A stretch of 63,358 nt of DNA, filler included. It is 5 parts of 5 records of this genome, joined end to end, with 100 filler letters (N's around TTAATTAATTAA, not from the genome) between each part and the next. Parts side by side here need not be neighbours in the genome. Positions count along the whole stretch, not along the records: positions 39,326 to 63,358 come from DRR723986_2290; 4 more parts are not named here. The stretch is one strand, 5' to 3'. The position numbers and the translations under genes were made by a program. Each line of letters starts with the position of its first letter. Position 1 is the first letter of the stretch. The notes beneath the pieces were generated by a model. It worked only from the letters and a program-made list of their open reading frames with translations. It was not told where the DNA came from and ran no database searches. Of the stretch, positions 40,397-49,862 are shown piece after piece.

Positions 40397-41338
40397 ATGA
40401 AGGTCAGAGAGGGTTTCGTTGAGTCGCATGGCCATCGCCTCGCTTATTTGGCGGTCAATGAACACTTGGCGAGCGATGATCAGCCGGCGATTATCTTTAT
40501 TCATGGAGTGCTGGCCTCAGTCAACTTTTGGCGAGACTGTGTGCCGGCCAGCTTCCGTGAACAGCGCGCGTGGTATGCCTTAAGTTTGCCCGCCCATCAC
40601 CCCTCTACCGTTTCGGAAAACTTTGCTTCTGAAAACCTGGATGAGCAGTGGTTTTACGACATTACCCACGGTGCAATTACCGCATTGCTAGGTAGCCGAA
40701 AGGTAATTGTTATCGGGCATTCCACTGGCGGTTTCTGCGCGTTAAATCTGGCGACCCGTCGTGCGCCGAATGTGATTGGTATTGTAAGTATTGCTGGCTT
40801 TCACAGCGGGAACTGGGGCGGAGTGGAAGGTTTGCTCGTTAAGCTGGCGGCTGCGGGAAGCTGGGCGAGAAGCCTGTTTGCGTTCAATATCTGGTTGGCC
40901 AAAAAGAGCGCATTCGTTCAGCGCTTGTTTGCCAGTTTGCTGGCCTACGACCGTCAGACTTACCTGGCAAGCCCATTGAGTCAGAAGATGATCGACAATA
41001 TTCGGGCTAATGTTCGCAGCCAAGACTCCTCGGCACTGTTTTATTTATTCCGAGGTATCAACCGTCTGGAGATTGCTGAACAGCTGAGTGACATTTCCAT
41101 ACCGTGCCATCTGCTTGCCGGCACTCACGACCCTGTTGTTCCAGCCGAGCAATCCCTGTTGTTGGCGGGAGCGATTAAACGGGTCAAAACGGTGGTGTTC
41201 CAAGAGGTTGGTCATATGCCGTTTATGGAAGCTACCGAGGTCTGCATGACCGCCATCGAGGGGGCTGTTAACGACGTTGCATCGCAGTATAGCCGTTATA
41301 GCATCGAGGCTGATGCTCAGCTTGAAGGAGAGCGCTGA
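40397..41338 (+). CDS. Alpha/beta hydrolase
   Basis: FIHG, GHSTGG, HDPVVP, GHMP catalytic triad motifs. Confidence 0.88.
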   Translation: MKVREGFVESHGHRLAYLAVNEHLASDDQPAIIFIHGVLASVNFWRDCVPASFREQRAWYALSLPAHHPSTVSENFASENLDEQWFYDITHGAITALLGSRKVIVIGHSTGGFCALNLATRRAPNVIGIVSIAGFHSGNWGGVEGLLVKLAAAGSWARSLFAFNIWLAKKSAFVQRLFASLLAYDRQTYLASPLSQKMIDNIRANVRSQDSSALFYLFRGINRLEIAEQLSDISIPCHLLAGTHDPVVPAEQSLLLAGAIKRVKTVVFQEVGHMPFMEATEVCMTAIEGAVNDVASQYSRYSIEADAQLEGER

Positions 41339-42708
41339 TGATCGCTACGGGTGCCGACAATGTCATTGTCATCGGAGCGGGTTTTTCCGGGCTGGCCGCG
41401 GCTGATGCACTTAATTCAGCGGGCCTGGCGGTAACCATTGTGGAAGCGCGTGACCGCGTGGGTGGACGAGCGCGCACGCAGCAACAGGAAAATGGTATTT
41501 GGCTGGATTACGGCGGTCAATGGCTGGGGCCCGGGCAAGACGAGATGTATGCGCTGGCAAAGCGCTTGGGCCATAGCACCTGGCCGATGTATACCGCTGG
41601 CAAGCACCGCACCTTGTTTTCCGGGCGGCTCGGGGCATATCGCGGCAGCATTCCCCTTAACTTGCCACTGCGCGCACTCTCTAGCTTAGGCTATGCCTAC
41701 TTACGCTTGCTGCGCCTGATGCGAAAGGTCGACAGAAATAGCCCCTGGCTGTCGCCGAGGGCGCAGGAGCTGGATAGCCAAAGTGTGGGGGAGTGGATGC
41801 GCAAACATGTGCGTCACCCCGATGCCTTCAGTGTTTTTCGTATTGCTGTCGAAAGTATCTTCGCGGCTCACCCGGACGATATCAGCCTGCTGCATGCGCT
41901 GTTCTATTTTCGCAGTGGTGGGGGCTTTTTCTCCTTGGTGGAATCCGAGGGTGGTGCGCAGCAAGACCGTCTGCAGAGAGGCGTGCAACCCTTGGCCGAG
42001 GCCTATGCTAAGCACCTGCAGCAGCGCGGAGTGCAGATTTTCCTCAATGCTCCTGTGTGCAGCGTCGAGCAGACGGGCAGCGCGGTAATAGTGAAAAGCG
42101 ATACGCGCGAGTGGCAGGCAGCGGCAGCAGTATGCGCCGCGCCGCCAATTCTCGCGCATGACATTGTATTTACGCCGCCCTTGCCGCAGGCAAAGAAGGC
42201 GCTGCTTAACAATCTACAACCGGGCTGCGCCATTAAGTGTTTCGCTATTTATGAAACGCCATTCTGGCGCAAACAGGGTTGGTCTGGCTCGGCGGTTTCG
42301 GATGTGCCCCCGGTACATGTGTGTTTTGACGTAACGCCTCCCGACGAAACGCGCGGCATTCTTATGGGCTTTATCGAGGGGCGCGAAGGCGTCAAATACA
42401 CCGAGTTGGGTGAATCGGCGCGCCGCAACGCCTTCTTGGCAGGGCTGGCAAATTGGTTTGGCGATGAGGCAGCAACCCCGCTGGATTACTACGACCACAG
42501 TTGGCGAAATGATGAATGGGCGCGTGGTTGTTACGCCGGAGTTGCTGGCCCGGGCCACTGGACGTCCGTTGGGCATAGCATTCGTGCGCCGCACGAGCGG
42601 GTGTTCTGGGCGGGCACGGAAACGGCGACGCAGTGGAATGGCTATTTCGAAGGGGCGGTGCGCGCGGGTAAGCGCGCCGCTTCTCAAGTGATCGAGACTT
42701 TGTCTTAA
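41338..42708 (+). CDS. Flavin monoamine oxidase family protein
   Basis: GAGFSG, EARDRVGGR, GGQW, WARGCY, GTETA...GYFEGAV; TGATG overlap. Confidence 0.92.
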   Translation: MIATGADNVIVIGAGFSGLAAADALNSAGLAVTIVEARDRVGGRARTQQQENGIWLDYGGQWLGPGQDEMYALAKRLGHSTWPMYTAGKHRTLFSGRLGAYRGSIPLNLPLRALSSLGYAYLRLLRLMRKVDRNSPWLSPRAQELDSQSVGEWMRKHVRHPDAFSVFRIAVESIFAAHPDDISLLHALFYFRSGGGFFSLVESEGGAQQDRLQRGVQPLAEAYAKHLQQRGVQIFLNAPVCSVEQTGSAVIVKSDTREWQAAAAVCAAPPILAHDIVFTPPLPQAKKALLNNLQPGCAIKCFAIYETPFWRKQGWSGSAVSDVPPVHVCFDVTPPDETRGILMGFIEGREGVKYTELGESARRNAFLAGLANWFGDEAATPLDYYDHSWRNDEWARGCYAGVAGPGHWTSVGHSIRAPHERVFWAGTETATQWNGYFEGAVRAGKRAASQVIETLS

Positions 42709-42745
42709 AACGGCAAGTGATTCGCGTTAAAACGGTCGGTGATTC
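42705..42745. repeat. Tandem 19-nt imperfect direct repeat
   Basis: TTAAAACGGcaaGTGATTC and TTAAAACGGtcgGTGATTC, period 22. Confidence 0.7.
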
Positions 42746-42765
42746 TCTGAGGGTATGGGTGAAAA

Positions 42766-44814
42766 ATGCATGTAGGCACCATTAAGGAAATATGGCGTTT
42801 TCCTGTGAAGTCGATGGGCGGTGAGCGCATCAGCGCAGCAAACATTGACTATGCGGGCTTTGCAGATGATCGCACCTGGGCGATCCGCGATGACGAGACC
42901 AATGAGATTGCCACTGCTCGGCGTATTCCCAAGCTAATGATGCTAAAGGCCCGCTATCTCACTGAGCCGACCACCGGTTTTGGCCCGGTGGCGGCGTCGC
43001 GGGTAGAGATCGAATTTCCAGATGGGCGCCGCGTGAGCTCTGATGATCCCTATGCGTCGGCGATTTTGTCGATGTATCTCGGCAAACGCGTCACCTTGAT
43101 ACCGCGACCGGCTGCGCGAGATAAGGCTGCCTACCGCCTGACTCAGCCGATGAGCCCGCGAGAAATCCGCTATATATTGGGCATGGCAGCGGATGATCCA
43201 GACCCGGATTTTTCTTGGTTTTCGCTCAAAGTACTCACCAATTTGTCTAAGTACACAACGCCGCCAGGTGCGCTCTACGATGTCTATCCGCTGCATTTCA
43301 TCACAACTGCCGCGCTGGATAGCATGAATGCCATTTACCCTGAGGGAAATTTTTGCTCCCAGCGCTACCGGCCGAGTTTTGTTATCGAAACGAACCCCGA
43401 GCTAACGGGCATAGTGGAGAACAGCTGGCGCGGCCGTGACCTGCGTATCGGCGATGCCCTCATTCGCTGTAATCACCCGACTATCCGCTGTTCTATGCCC
43501 GGCACGCAGCAGCCCGGTATTCACCAAGACCCCAATGTTCCCCTCACGGTGATGCGGCATGCCGGTCAGCACCTGGGGGCGTATGCGAGCCCGCGTAATC
43601 GCGCGGCGATTCAGCTCGGTGACAGTGTTGAGCTGGTCGACCAGGCAAGCACAAAACTCTACGTCTGGTTTGATGACGTTGGGCGTCGAGTCAAGTCGCA
43701 GGTCGTCAAGGCTGGGAATCGTATTGCCCAGTGGCAGGAGCAGAAGCGCGATCCGTCGTCCGCGCTAAAATCGCCTTATCCCCGGGGATTTCGTCCTTTT
43801 ACCCTGGTTAAACGGGAGCAGGAATCCAGCGATATTATCTCGCTGTGGTTTCAAGACCCGGAGCGCAGCGAGCTGCCGCGCTTTTTACCCGGCCAGCATA
43901 TCGTGCTGGCCATACCGCAGCTTGATGGTGGCCTGGTTTATCGGCCCTACACGCTATCCAGCCCCGGCCACCAATTGGACAGTTTTCGCATATCCGTGAA
44001 GCGCGAAGTCGGCACGGTGAGCGGTGAACCGGCGGTGGGCAGAGGCTCCGGCTGGCTGCATGATCAACTCGCTGTTGGTGACAGGGTGGCGATTAAAGAT
44101 CCCAATGGGCAGTTTGGCGCCGTGCCGACAGATTCCCGGCCACTGGCATTAATTAGTACCGGCATCGGTATTACGCCCATGCTATCGATCCTGCAGAGTG
44201 TCGCCAAAGAAAACCCCGAACGGGATGTGTGCTTATTTCATGGCATTCGCGACCCGCAGGATTTTGCTTTCCAAGGTGCGCTCGAGGCGCTGAAGCAGCA
44301 ATTAACCAATTTCCACTTACAGCTCTTTGTGACGGGGCAGGGAAGTGAGTCGCCTGTTGGCAGCCATGCGGGTCGCATGACCCCTGAGCGAGTGTGCGCT
44401 GCACTACCCGATGTCGACAAATATGACGTTCTGATCTGCGGAAAACCGGCATTCAGTAAGGCCTTCCACGACGGCTTGTTAGCGTGCGGAATTGCCGCAG
44501 AACGTCTGCACTTCGAGAGTTTCGGTGCTAGCCTTGGCGTCGATGACGGCGACCAAACCGCGTATCGCATCCACTTTAGCCAGAGCGAGCAAACGGTAAA
44601 CTGGAATCCCGCACAGGAGAGTTTGCTTAGCTTTGCCGAAGAGCAGGGCATTCATGCCAATTCAGGCTGTCGCTACGGCGCCTGCCAGGCTTGCGAGTGT
44701 ACCTTGCTTTCCGGCGAGGTCAGCTATCCCGACGACATTCAACCGCCGGGGGGCAAAAACAAAATCCTACTTTGCTCAGCGAGGCCAAAGTCGGACTTAA
44801 CGTTAGCGCTGTAA
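42766..44814 (+). CDS. MOSC-domain molybdoprotein fused to an FAD/NAD reductase and a 2Fe-2S ferredoxin
   Basis: RFPVKSMGG/DRTWA (MOSC_N); RYRP and IRC (MOSC); RPYTLSS, GIGITP, ICG (FNR); CRYGACQAC...LC (Fer2). Confidence 0.88.
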   Translation: MHVGTIKEIWRFPVKSMGGERISAANIDYAGFADDRTWAIRDDETNEIATARRIPKLMMLKARYLTEPTTGFGPVAASRVEIEFPDGRRVSSDDPYASAILSMYLGKRVTLIPRPAARDKAAYRLTQPMSPREIRYILGMAADDPDPDFSWFSLKVLTNLSKYTTPPGALYDVYPLHFITTAALDSMNAIYPEGNFCSQRYRPSFVIETNPELTGIVENSWRGRDLRIGDALIRCNHPTIRCSMPGTQQPGIHQDPNVPLTVMRHAGQHLGAYASPRNRAAIQLGDSVELVDQASTKLYVWFDDVGRRVKSQVVKAGNRIAQWQEQKRDPSSALKSPYPRGFRPFTLVKREQESSDIISLWFQDPERSELPRFLPGQHIVLAIPQLDGGLVYRPYTLSSPGHQLDSFRISVKREVGTVSGEPAVGRGSGWLHDQLAVGDRVAIKDPNGQFGAVPTDSRPLALISTGIGITPMLSILQSVAKENPERDVCLFHGIRDPQDFAFQGALEALKQQLTNFHLQLFVTGQGSESPVGSHAGRMTPERVCAALPDVDKYDVLICGKPAFSKAFHDGLLACGIAAERLHFESFGASLGVDDGDQTAYRIHFSQSEQTVNWNPAQESLLSFAEEQGIHANSGCRYGACQACECTLLSGEVSYPDDIQPPGGKNKILLCSARPKSDLTLAL

Positions 44815-44852
44815 GTTGCCGTCAATGTCGGGTTGCGAAGAGTAACGCTCTG

Positions 44853-44882
44853 GCTTGTTGTCGATTACAACAAGCGTGTTTT
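44853..44882 (+). terminator. Possible terminator after the MOSC gene
   Basis: GCTTGTTGT-CGATT-ACAACAAGC followed by GTGTTTT. Confidence 0.5.
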
Positions 44883-44936
44883 AAGAATTGCGGCTGTGCT
44901 TTTCTGAGCGCGGCCGCGTTGTTTGGGTAGCCTCTA

Positions 44937-45581
44937 ATGTGTGGTCGCTTGTTTTTTGAACACAGTGCGTCGGTTGAAATGTTAATCAGAGCACTGGGGT
45001 TTAATGACTATCAAATGCCGTCGTTGCCCAATGTGGCACCTACTGAGGCCGTGCCCGTTGTACATTTTCTAGAAGGGCAGTTGACGATCAGCCCTATGCG
45101 TTGGTGGTTGGTGCCAAGTTGGTCAGAGGGGCCAAGCACGAAGTTTGCGATGTTCAATGCCCGGATCGAGTCGGTAAAGACAAGCAGGGCCTACAAGGGG
45201 CCGCTCAAATACCGGCGTGGGGTTGTTCCGGCGTCAGCATTCATGGAATGGCAGACGGTAGCGGGTAAGAAACAGCCCTATTATTTTACCGGTGACCCAA
45301 AGCCGCTGGCGCTAGCGGCTATCTGGGAGGAGTGGGGCGGGGAATTACTGTCGGTATCAGTGCTCACGCAGCCTGCCGATAGGAATTTTACCCGCTACCA
45401 CCCGCGTATGCCGGTTATGCTATCGGGCGAGCAAATAAACCACTGGCTCGACCACCGGCTTGCGCCAAAAGACGTGCTGGCGGCTGTGTCTGGCGCAAGT
45501 GTTCCGCTGTTGGCCAGGACGGTTGATCCCCAGCTCAATAATGCCCGGCTGAAGGACTTTCCCGATTCTTTCACAGCGTAG
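44937..45581 (+). CDS. SOS response-associated peptidase (SRAP/YedK/HMCES)
   Basis: N-terminal MCGR, NVAPT, FNARIE, EW, HPRMPV. Confidence 0.93.
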   Translation: MCGRLFFEHSASVEMLIRALGFNDYQMPSLPNVAPTEAVPVVHFLEGQLTISPMRWWLVPSWSEGPSTKFAMFNARIESVKTSRAYKGPLKYRRGVVPASAFMEWQTVAGKKQPYYFTGDPKPLALAAIWEEWGGELLSVSVLTQPADRNFTRYHPRMPVMLSGEQINHWLDHRLAPKDVLAAVSGASVPLLARTVDPQLNNARLKDFPDSFTA

Positions 45582-45593
45582 TATTCATGGCGG

Positions 45594-47882
45594 TCAACGC
45601 AGGCCCCACCACTTGGGCAGTAATGCCCGGATTGCGGGCCGGCTAAAGCGATCATCGATTAACTCGATAACGCCGCGATCCTCCTCGGTGCGAATCAATC
45701 TCCCTGCCGCTTGTACCACTTTTTGTATGCCGGGGTAGAGGTAGGTGTAGTCATAACCGCGGCCGTAGCGCGCTTCAAGCCGTTGCCGGAGAACTTCGTA
45801 CAGGTCGTTGTGGGGAGGAAGGCCGAGGGTGGCAACAAACACGCCGATCAGCCGTTCGCCCGGTAAATCTATGCCCTCGCCAAATACCCCGCCTAATACC
45901 GCGAACCCGACACTGGGGGTGGCATTGCTGACCTCAGTAATGAAACTGTCTCTTTCAGCGGGAGGCATGCCCGGGCGTTGGCGCAGTAGCCGCAATGTGG
46001 GGGCGTGCTCTCGCAGGTATTCAAACAGGGCATTCAAGTAGTCAAAACTGCTGACATACACCAGGTAGTTGCCGGGGATTGCGGTCATTTGTTGCACGAT
46101 ACGGTCGCAAATTGGCGCGAGTGAGTGCTGGCGCTGCTGCTGACGCGTGTTGATTGAGGTGATGAGTCTCAGGTCTATTTGCTCGCGAGAAAATGGGCTC
46201 TCCACATCCTTAAAAACCGTATCGGCGGGCAGTCCCAGCAGGTCTTGGTGGTACTGAGGAGGGGACAGGGTGGCGGAGAACAACACGGTGCAGGCGGCGG
46301 CGTCAAAGCGAGGCCGCAAATGGTCGGCGGGAATGAGGTTGTCGATACACAGTTTGCCACTTCCCGGCTTGGCTTGAAGACTACCACTTACGGTTTCAAA
46401 GCTGAGCGTACACAGGGAGTGGTCTGCAAAGCTGTCAGCCAGGCGCAGAAAGGCGAGGGCGGTGAATAGTACCTGCTGTACATCGGCGGCGGCCGGGTGG
46501 TCAGTGAGGTAGTCGGTAATGGCGGCAATGACACTGTACAGCGCGCTATTGAGCGCCTCTGGCACCTCGTCGAGATAGTATTGGTGGTGAAGTTCGAACT
46601 CGCTGTCCTCAAGATAGGGGCGAATCAAGGCGGCCCAGGCGGTTTCCAGCTCAGAGAGTGGTTTGAGTAGCGGTGCCGGAACCTTGCGCACGGTGTAAAG
46701 TAACTCGGCCTCGGAAAGCTCCATGCTGTACATACCGCGGGCCCGGTCGATAAGGTTGTGGGCTTCGTCGATCACCGGCATTACTCGCCATAGATGTTGC
46801 TGGGCCAAGCTGTATAGGAGGGCGAATTGATCGAAATAATGATTCACATCGCCCGCCACAATATCTGACCAGCGCGCCATTTCCTGGGCGAGAAAGTAGC
46901 GGCAAATGTCGTGCTCTGCGGCAATCTGGCGCAGCGTTGTTTGGTCGAGACAGCGCGTCTGGGTCGCCTGCTGGCGCGCTGCGCTAAGCCTGTCGAAAAA
47001 ACCATTGGCCAGGGGGCAGGAATCGCCGTGACAGGCTTTGTCTGGATGGTCACAGCTGGCTTCTTTGGCAGAGAGCTCCACGAATCGCAGGGGTACGGTG
47101 GTGTCTTGGTGGTCGAGGATGCTGCGAAGGCCATCTAAGCCGAGCTGGCGCCCGGTGTTGCGATTACTTAGAAAAAACACGCGATCGAGGTCGCTGGCTG
47201 GCATAGCCTTTAGCGCCGGGAATAAAACACCAACGGTTTTTCCGATGCCGGTCGGGGCTTGGAGTAACAGTGGCGTGTCGCGCCTTGCGGCCTTGTACAC
47301 GTTTTCGGACAGTGCCCGTTGGCCGGTGCGAAAGTCCGGGTAGGGGAAACGCAGTGCCGCGAGGGCCTCGTCCCGCGCGTGGCGGTGTGCGGTTTCACTT
47401 TCCGCCCAGTGCCGATAGCGGTCGCAAAGTGTGGTTAAAAACTCTATCAGTAATGCGGCCTCGAAGGTTTGCGTGTCCGGCGTTTCCTGTTCGTCGCGGA
47501 CTTCAAAGTAGGTGAGCCGCAGGTCGATATTGTCGCGTTTGTCGCGCATGCACAGTAGAGCGCCGTACACTTTTAGCTGCGCCCAGTGTAAGGCTCGCCG
47601 CCCGGGTCCAATGCGGTTGATATTTCCCCGATGCGTTTTAATTTCTTCCAGATAGCATTTGTCGGGGTTAGCGTAGTAGCCGTCTACGCGCCCGCTTATC
47701 GCAATGCCCTCGCACTCCCCGGTTAACCGGTATTCCGCGACATAGGGATCGGGCCGGCGTTGTTGAACGGTGAGGTGGCCGATAATGCCCTCATCGGCGC
47801 TCGGTGCGGGGGTGTAGCGAAACTCCAGGCTGCCGCTTCGCGCGGCAAATTCGCAGAGGTTGCGCACCGATACCTCGATCAT
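45594..47882 (-). CDS. DinG/XPD-like Fe-S helicase with an N-terminal PD-(D/E)XK nuclease domain
   Basis: GRVDG/EEIKT/HWAQLKVY nuclease motifs; APTGIGKT, Cys cluster, DEAH, SATL, QAAGRLIR. Confidence 0.9.
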   Translation of the reverse strand: MIEVSVRNLCEFAARSGSLEFRYTPAPSADEGIIGHLTVQQRRPDPYVAEYRLTGECEGIAISGRVDGYYANPDKCYLEEIKTHRGNINRIGPGRRALHWAQLKVYGALLCMRDKRDNIDLRLTYFEVRDEQETPDTQTFEAALLIEFLTTLCDRYRHWAESETAHRHARDEALAALRFPYPDFRTGQRALSENVYKAARRDTPLLLQAPTGIGKTVGVLFPALKAMPASDLDRVFFLSNRNTGRQLGLDGLRSILDHQDTTVPLRFVELSAKEASCDHPDKACHGDSCPLANGFFDRLSAARQQATQTRCLDQTTLRQIAAEHDICRYFLAQEMARWSDIVAGDVNHYFDQFALLYSLAQQHLWRVMPVIDEAHNLIDRARGMYSMELSEAELLYTVRKVPAPLLKPLSELETAWAALIRPYLEDSEFELHHQYYLDEVPEALNSALYSVIAAITDYLTDHPAAADVQQVLFTALAFLRLADSFADHSLCTLSFETVSGSLQAKPGSGKLCIDNLIPADHLRPRFDAAACTVLFSATLSPPQYHQDLLGLPADTVFKDVESPFSREQIDLRLITSINTRQQQRQHSLAPICDRIVQQMTAIPGNYLVYVSSFDYLNALFEYLREHAPTLRLLRQRPGMPPAERDSFITEVSNATPSVGFAVLGGVFGEGIDLPGERLIGVFVATLGLPPHNDLYEVLRQRLEARYGRGYDYTYLYPGIQKVVQAAGRLIRTEEDRGVIELIDDRFSRPAIRALLPKWWGLR

Positions 47883-49570
47883 GATTTGCTCTCCCAATCG
47901 ACTTCTGCAACGGATACGGGCAAACCGGCCTGAAGCATGGTTTCAATCCACAGGCGCTGATGGTCTTGCAGGCGGTCGCCGGGGCCTTTGACTTCAATCA
48001 GTTGATAGCGGCATTGGGCGGTATCGAATAACACCAGATCCGGCATACCGCGCCGGTGGTGGCGAAGATCGCTGAGTAGGTGGCGGAAAACGCTGCGCAA
48101 ATGCTCGGCAGGAATACAGCGTAGCGCCGCTTGGACCAGCGCTTCGCTCATTGCCGGCCAGTGTATCAATGTGCAGGAAACACCGTGCTTGGCCTGCCAG
48201 ATTTTCCATATTTCCTGCTGATAGGCCTTGGTTTCGAGCAAGCGTAAACGCTGGTCGATTAGTGTTTGCCGGCGAGTGACAAAATCGGCTCGAAACAAGT
48301 CGGCGGGGCCGGCCTGAAAAGGATGAAAGAAGGCGCCGGGCAGTGGTTCAAATAACACCGGCCAGAACAGCAATCCAAAAAGCCCAGTGAATAAGGTGTT
48401 TTCGCTATAGAAGCCGGTAAGCGGGCTATTGTTTGTTAGCGCGGTTAGCGTTGCAATTTCCACGCTGTGTTCAGATTTACGCAATAGCAGGGTCTGGCTG
48501 GGAATAGGCTGCACGCGGCGCGTCGGGCTGGGCTGACCGGCCTTGCGCCGAAGGCGATGTTGAATCCGTTGTAAGTGCAGTCGAGTTTCCGGGCGCTGCA
48601 CGTTGTGAAGTGACGCCTCCAAACGCGGCAGCAGTTGCTCGGGTAAGGGTGTGGATCTTTCCAGCATGCGAAACTGCCTGACCAGTGCTTCTTCTAAGGG
48701 GTTGTCGCGGTAGAGCTGTAGTGCGGTATCGATATCACCGCAGCGCTCAGCGTGATGGGCGAGCTGAAAGAGTAGTTTTTGTCGGCGGTGTTCCAGCCAG
48801 CTATTTGTGCTGGGGCCAGGCACCTGAAGCTCATTGACTGGAACGCCCTCTGCCAGGGCAGTTTGGCAGTGGTAGATGTCGAGGTAATCGTCGACGTCAT
48901 TGCGGCCTGAAAACGCGCGCGATTGTGGCGTGAAACTCACTGCCTCGTAACGCTGATAGCCCAGCTCGGCGAGCACAAATTCCGACCAGTCTTGGTAGAG
49001 GTTGCCGAAGAACATCAATCGAATTCGCTGCAATAGCGCGTCGCGAAGTAGGCTGATCGTGTTAATAGCGCCCTCGGGCCACCACTGCTGCATGGTTTGT
49101 GCGGAGTGATTGGCAACCAGGGTTTGCAGCGGCGCCAGCATCTCGCTTTTGCGCAGTGTTCGTGGGCAGTCAACGCCGCGGCTGGTCAGTAATTGCAGTA
49201 ATTCCGCTCGGCGGCACAGCTTGTGAACATCGTTGGCCGTTATAGACGGGTTTAGCGCCACCCAGCCAGCGTCGACCAGTGGCTGTAGCGCGTCATCGAT
49301 AGACGGAATCTCTCGATAGCGCAGCGCGTCGCTACGAAATAGTGTGCCACTGCGCATGCTTAGTCTGGCGAGTAATGCGCGGCTGAGCTTCGGTAACGCG
49401 ATAAACTGGTCGATTATCGATCGTTCTGCCGTCTCCAATAAGTCACTGTGGTGGCTGCGCACCCAGTGAATAACCGTTTCCAGATTCGCCAGGTAGTACA
49501 GCGGATCGTTCAGCGAGGCGCGCTGAATTTCTGCGTTGTGATGGCGTTTATCCGGGGGCGCTGTTTTCAT
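47879..49570 (-). CDS. VRR-NUC nuclease, FAN1-like
   Basis: YYLAN, FFGNLYQDWSEFVL, HPFQ, GMPDL...EVKGPGDRLQDHQ. Confidence 0.92.
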   Translation of the reverse strand: MKTAPPDKRHHNAEIQRASLNDPLYYLANLETVIHWVRSHHSDLLETAERSIIDQFIALPKLSRALLARLSMRSGTLFRSDALRYREIPSIDDALQPLVDAGWVALNPSITANDVHKLCRRAELLQLLTSRGVDCPRTLRKSEMLAPLQTLVANHSAQTMQQWWPEGAINTISLLRDALLQRIRLMFFGNLYQDWSEFVLAELGYQRYEAVSFTPQSRAFSGRNDVDDYLDIYHCQTALAEGVPVNELQVPGPSTNSWLEHRRQKLLFQLAHHAERCGDIDTALQLYRDNPLEEALVRQFRMLERSTPLPEQLLPRLEASLHNVQRPETRLHLQRIQHRLRRKAGQPSPTRRVQPIPSQTLLLRKSEHSVEIATLTALTNNSPLTGFYSENTLFTGLFGLLFWPVLFEPLPGAFFHPFQAGPADLFRADFVTRRQTLIDQRLRLLETKAYQQEIWKIWQAKHGVSCTLIHWPAMSEALVQAALRCIPAEHLRSVFRHLLSDLRHHRRGMPDLVLFDTAQCRYQLIEVKGPGDRLQDHQRLWIETMLQAGLPVSVAEVDWESKS

Positions 49571-49666
49571 AGAGGGTGTTTGTGAATGAAGCAGGGGCCT
49601 TAGCAGTTAGAGGAAAGCGACTGGCGATACTGCGTTGATCGATCTTCGCTCATCATACATTTTGTA

Positions 49667-49682
49667 CTGTACGGGTGTACAG
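49667..49682. promoter_or_regulatory. LexA (SOS) box upstream of the FAN1-helicase operon
   Basis: CTGT-ACGGGTGT-ACAG matches CTGT-N8-ACAG; minus-strand TATGAT (-10-like) at 49652-49657. Confidence 0.75.
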
Positions 49683-49862
49683 TGATAGACCTGAGCGGGC
49701 GGGAATGCAGCCGCGCGCCTGTGGGGCGATTAAATAAACCGTAATCCAAATCCGCGCTGTAACATCGTATACCGTAACAAACGGCTCAGTAGTGATGTGA
49801 TCACCGCCGTGGCGGGTGAATTTTATCGGTGTTGGGATATCGCCAACCTATATCGGAGGGAA

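Noticed and set aside
45594..47882. DinG + Cas4-like nuclease as type IV CRISPR or anti-phage system
   Set aside because: No array or cas genes; the LexA box and FAN1 context point to DNA repair.
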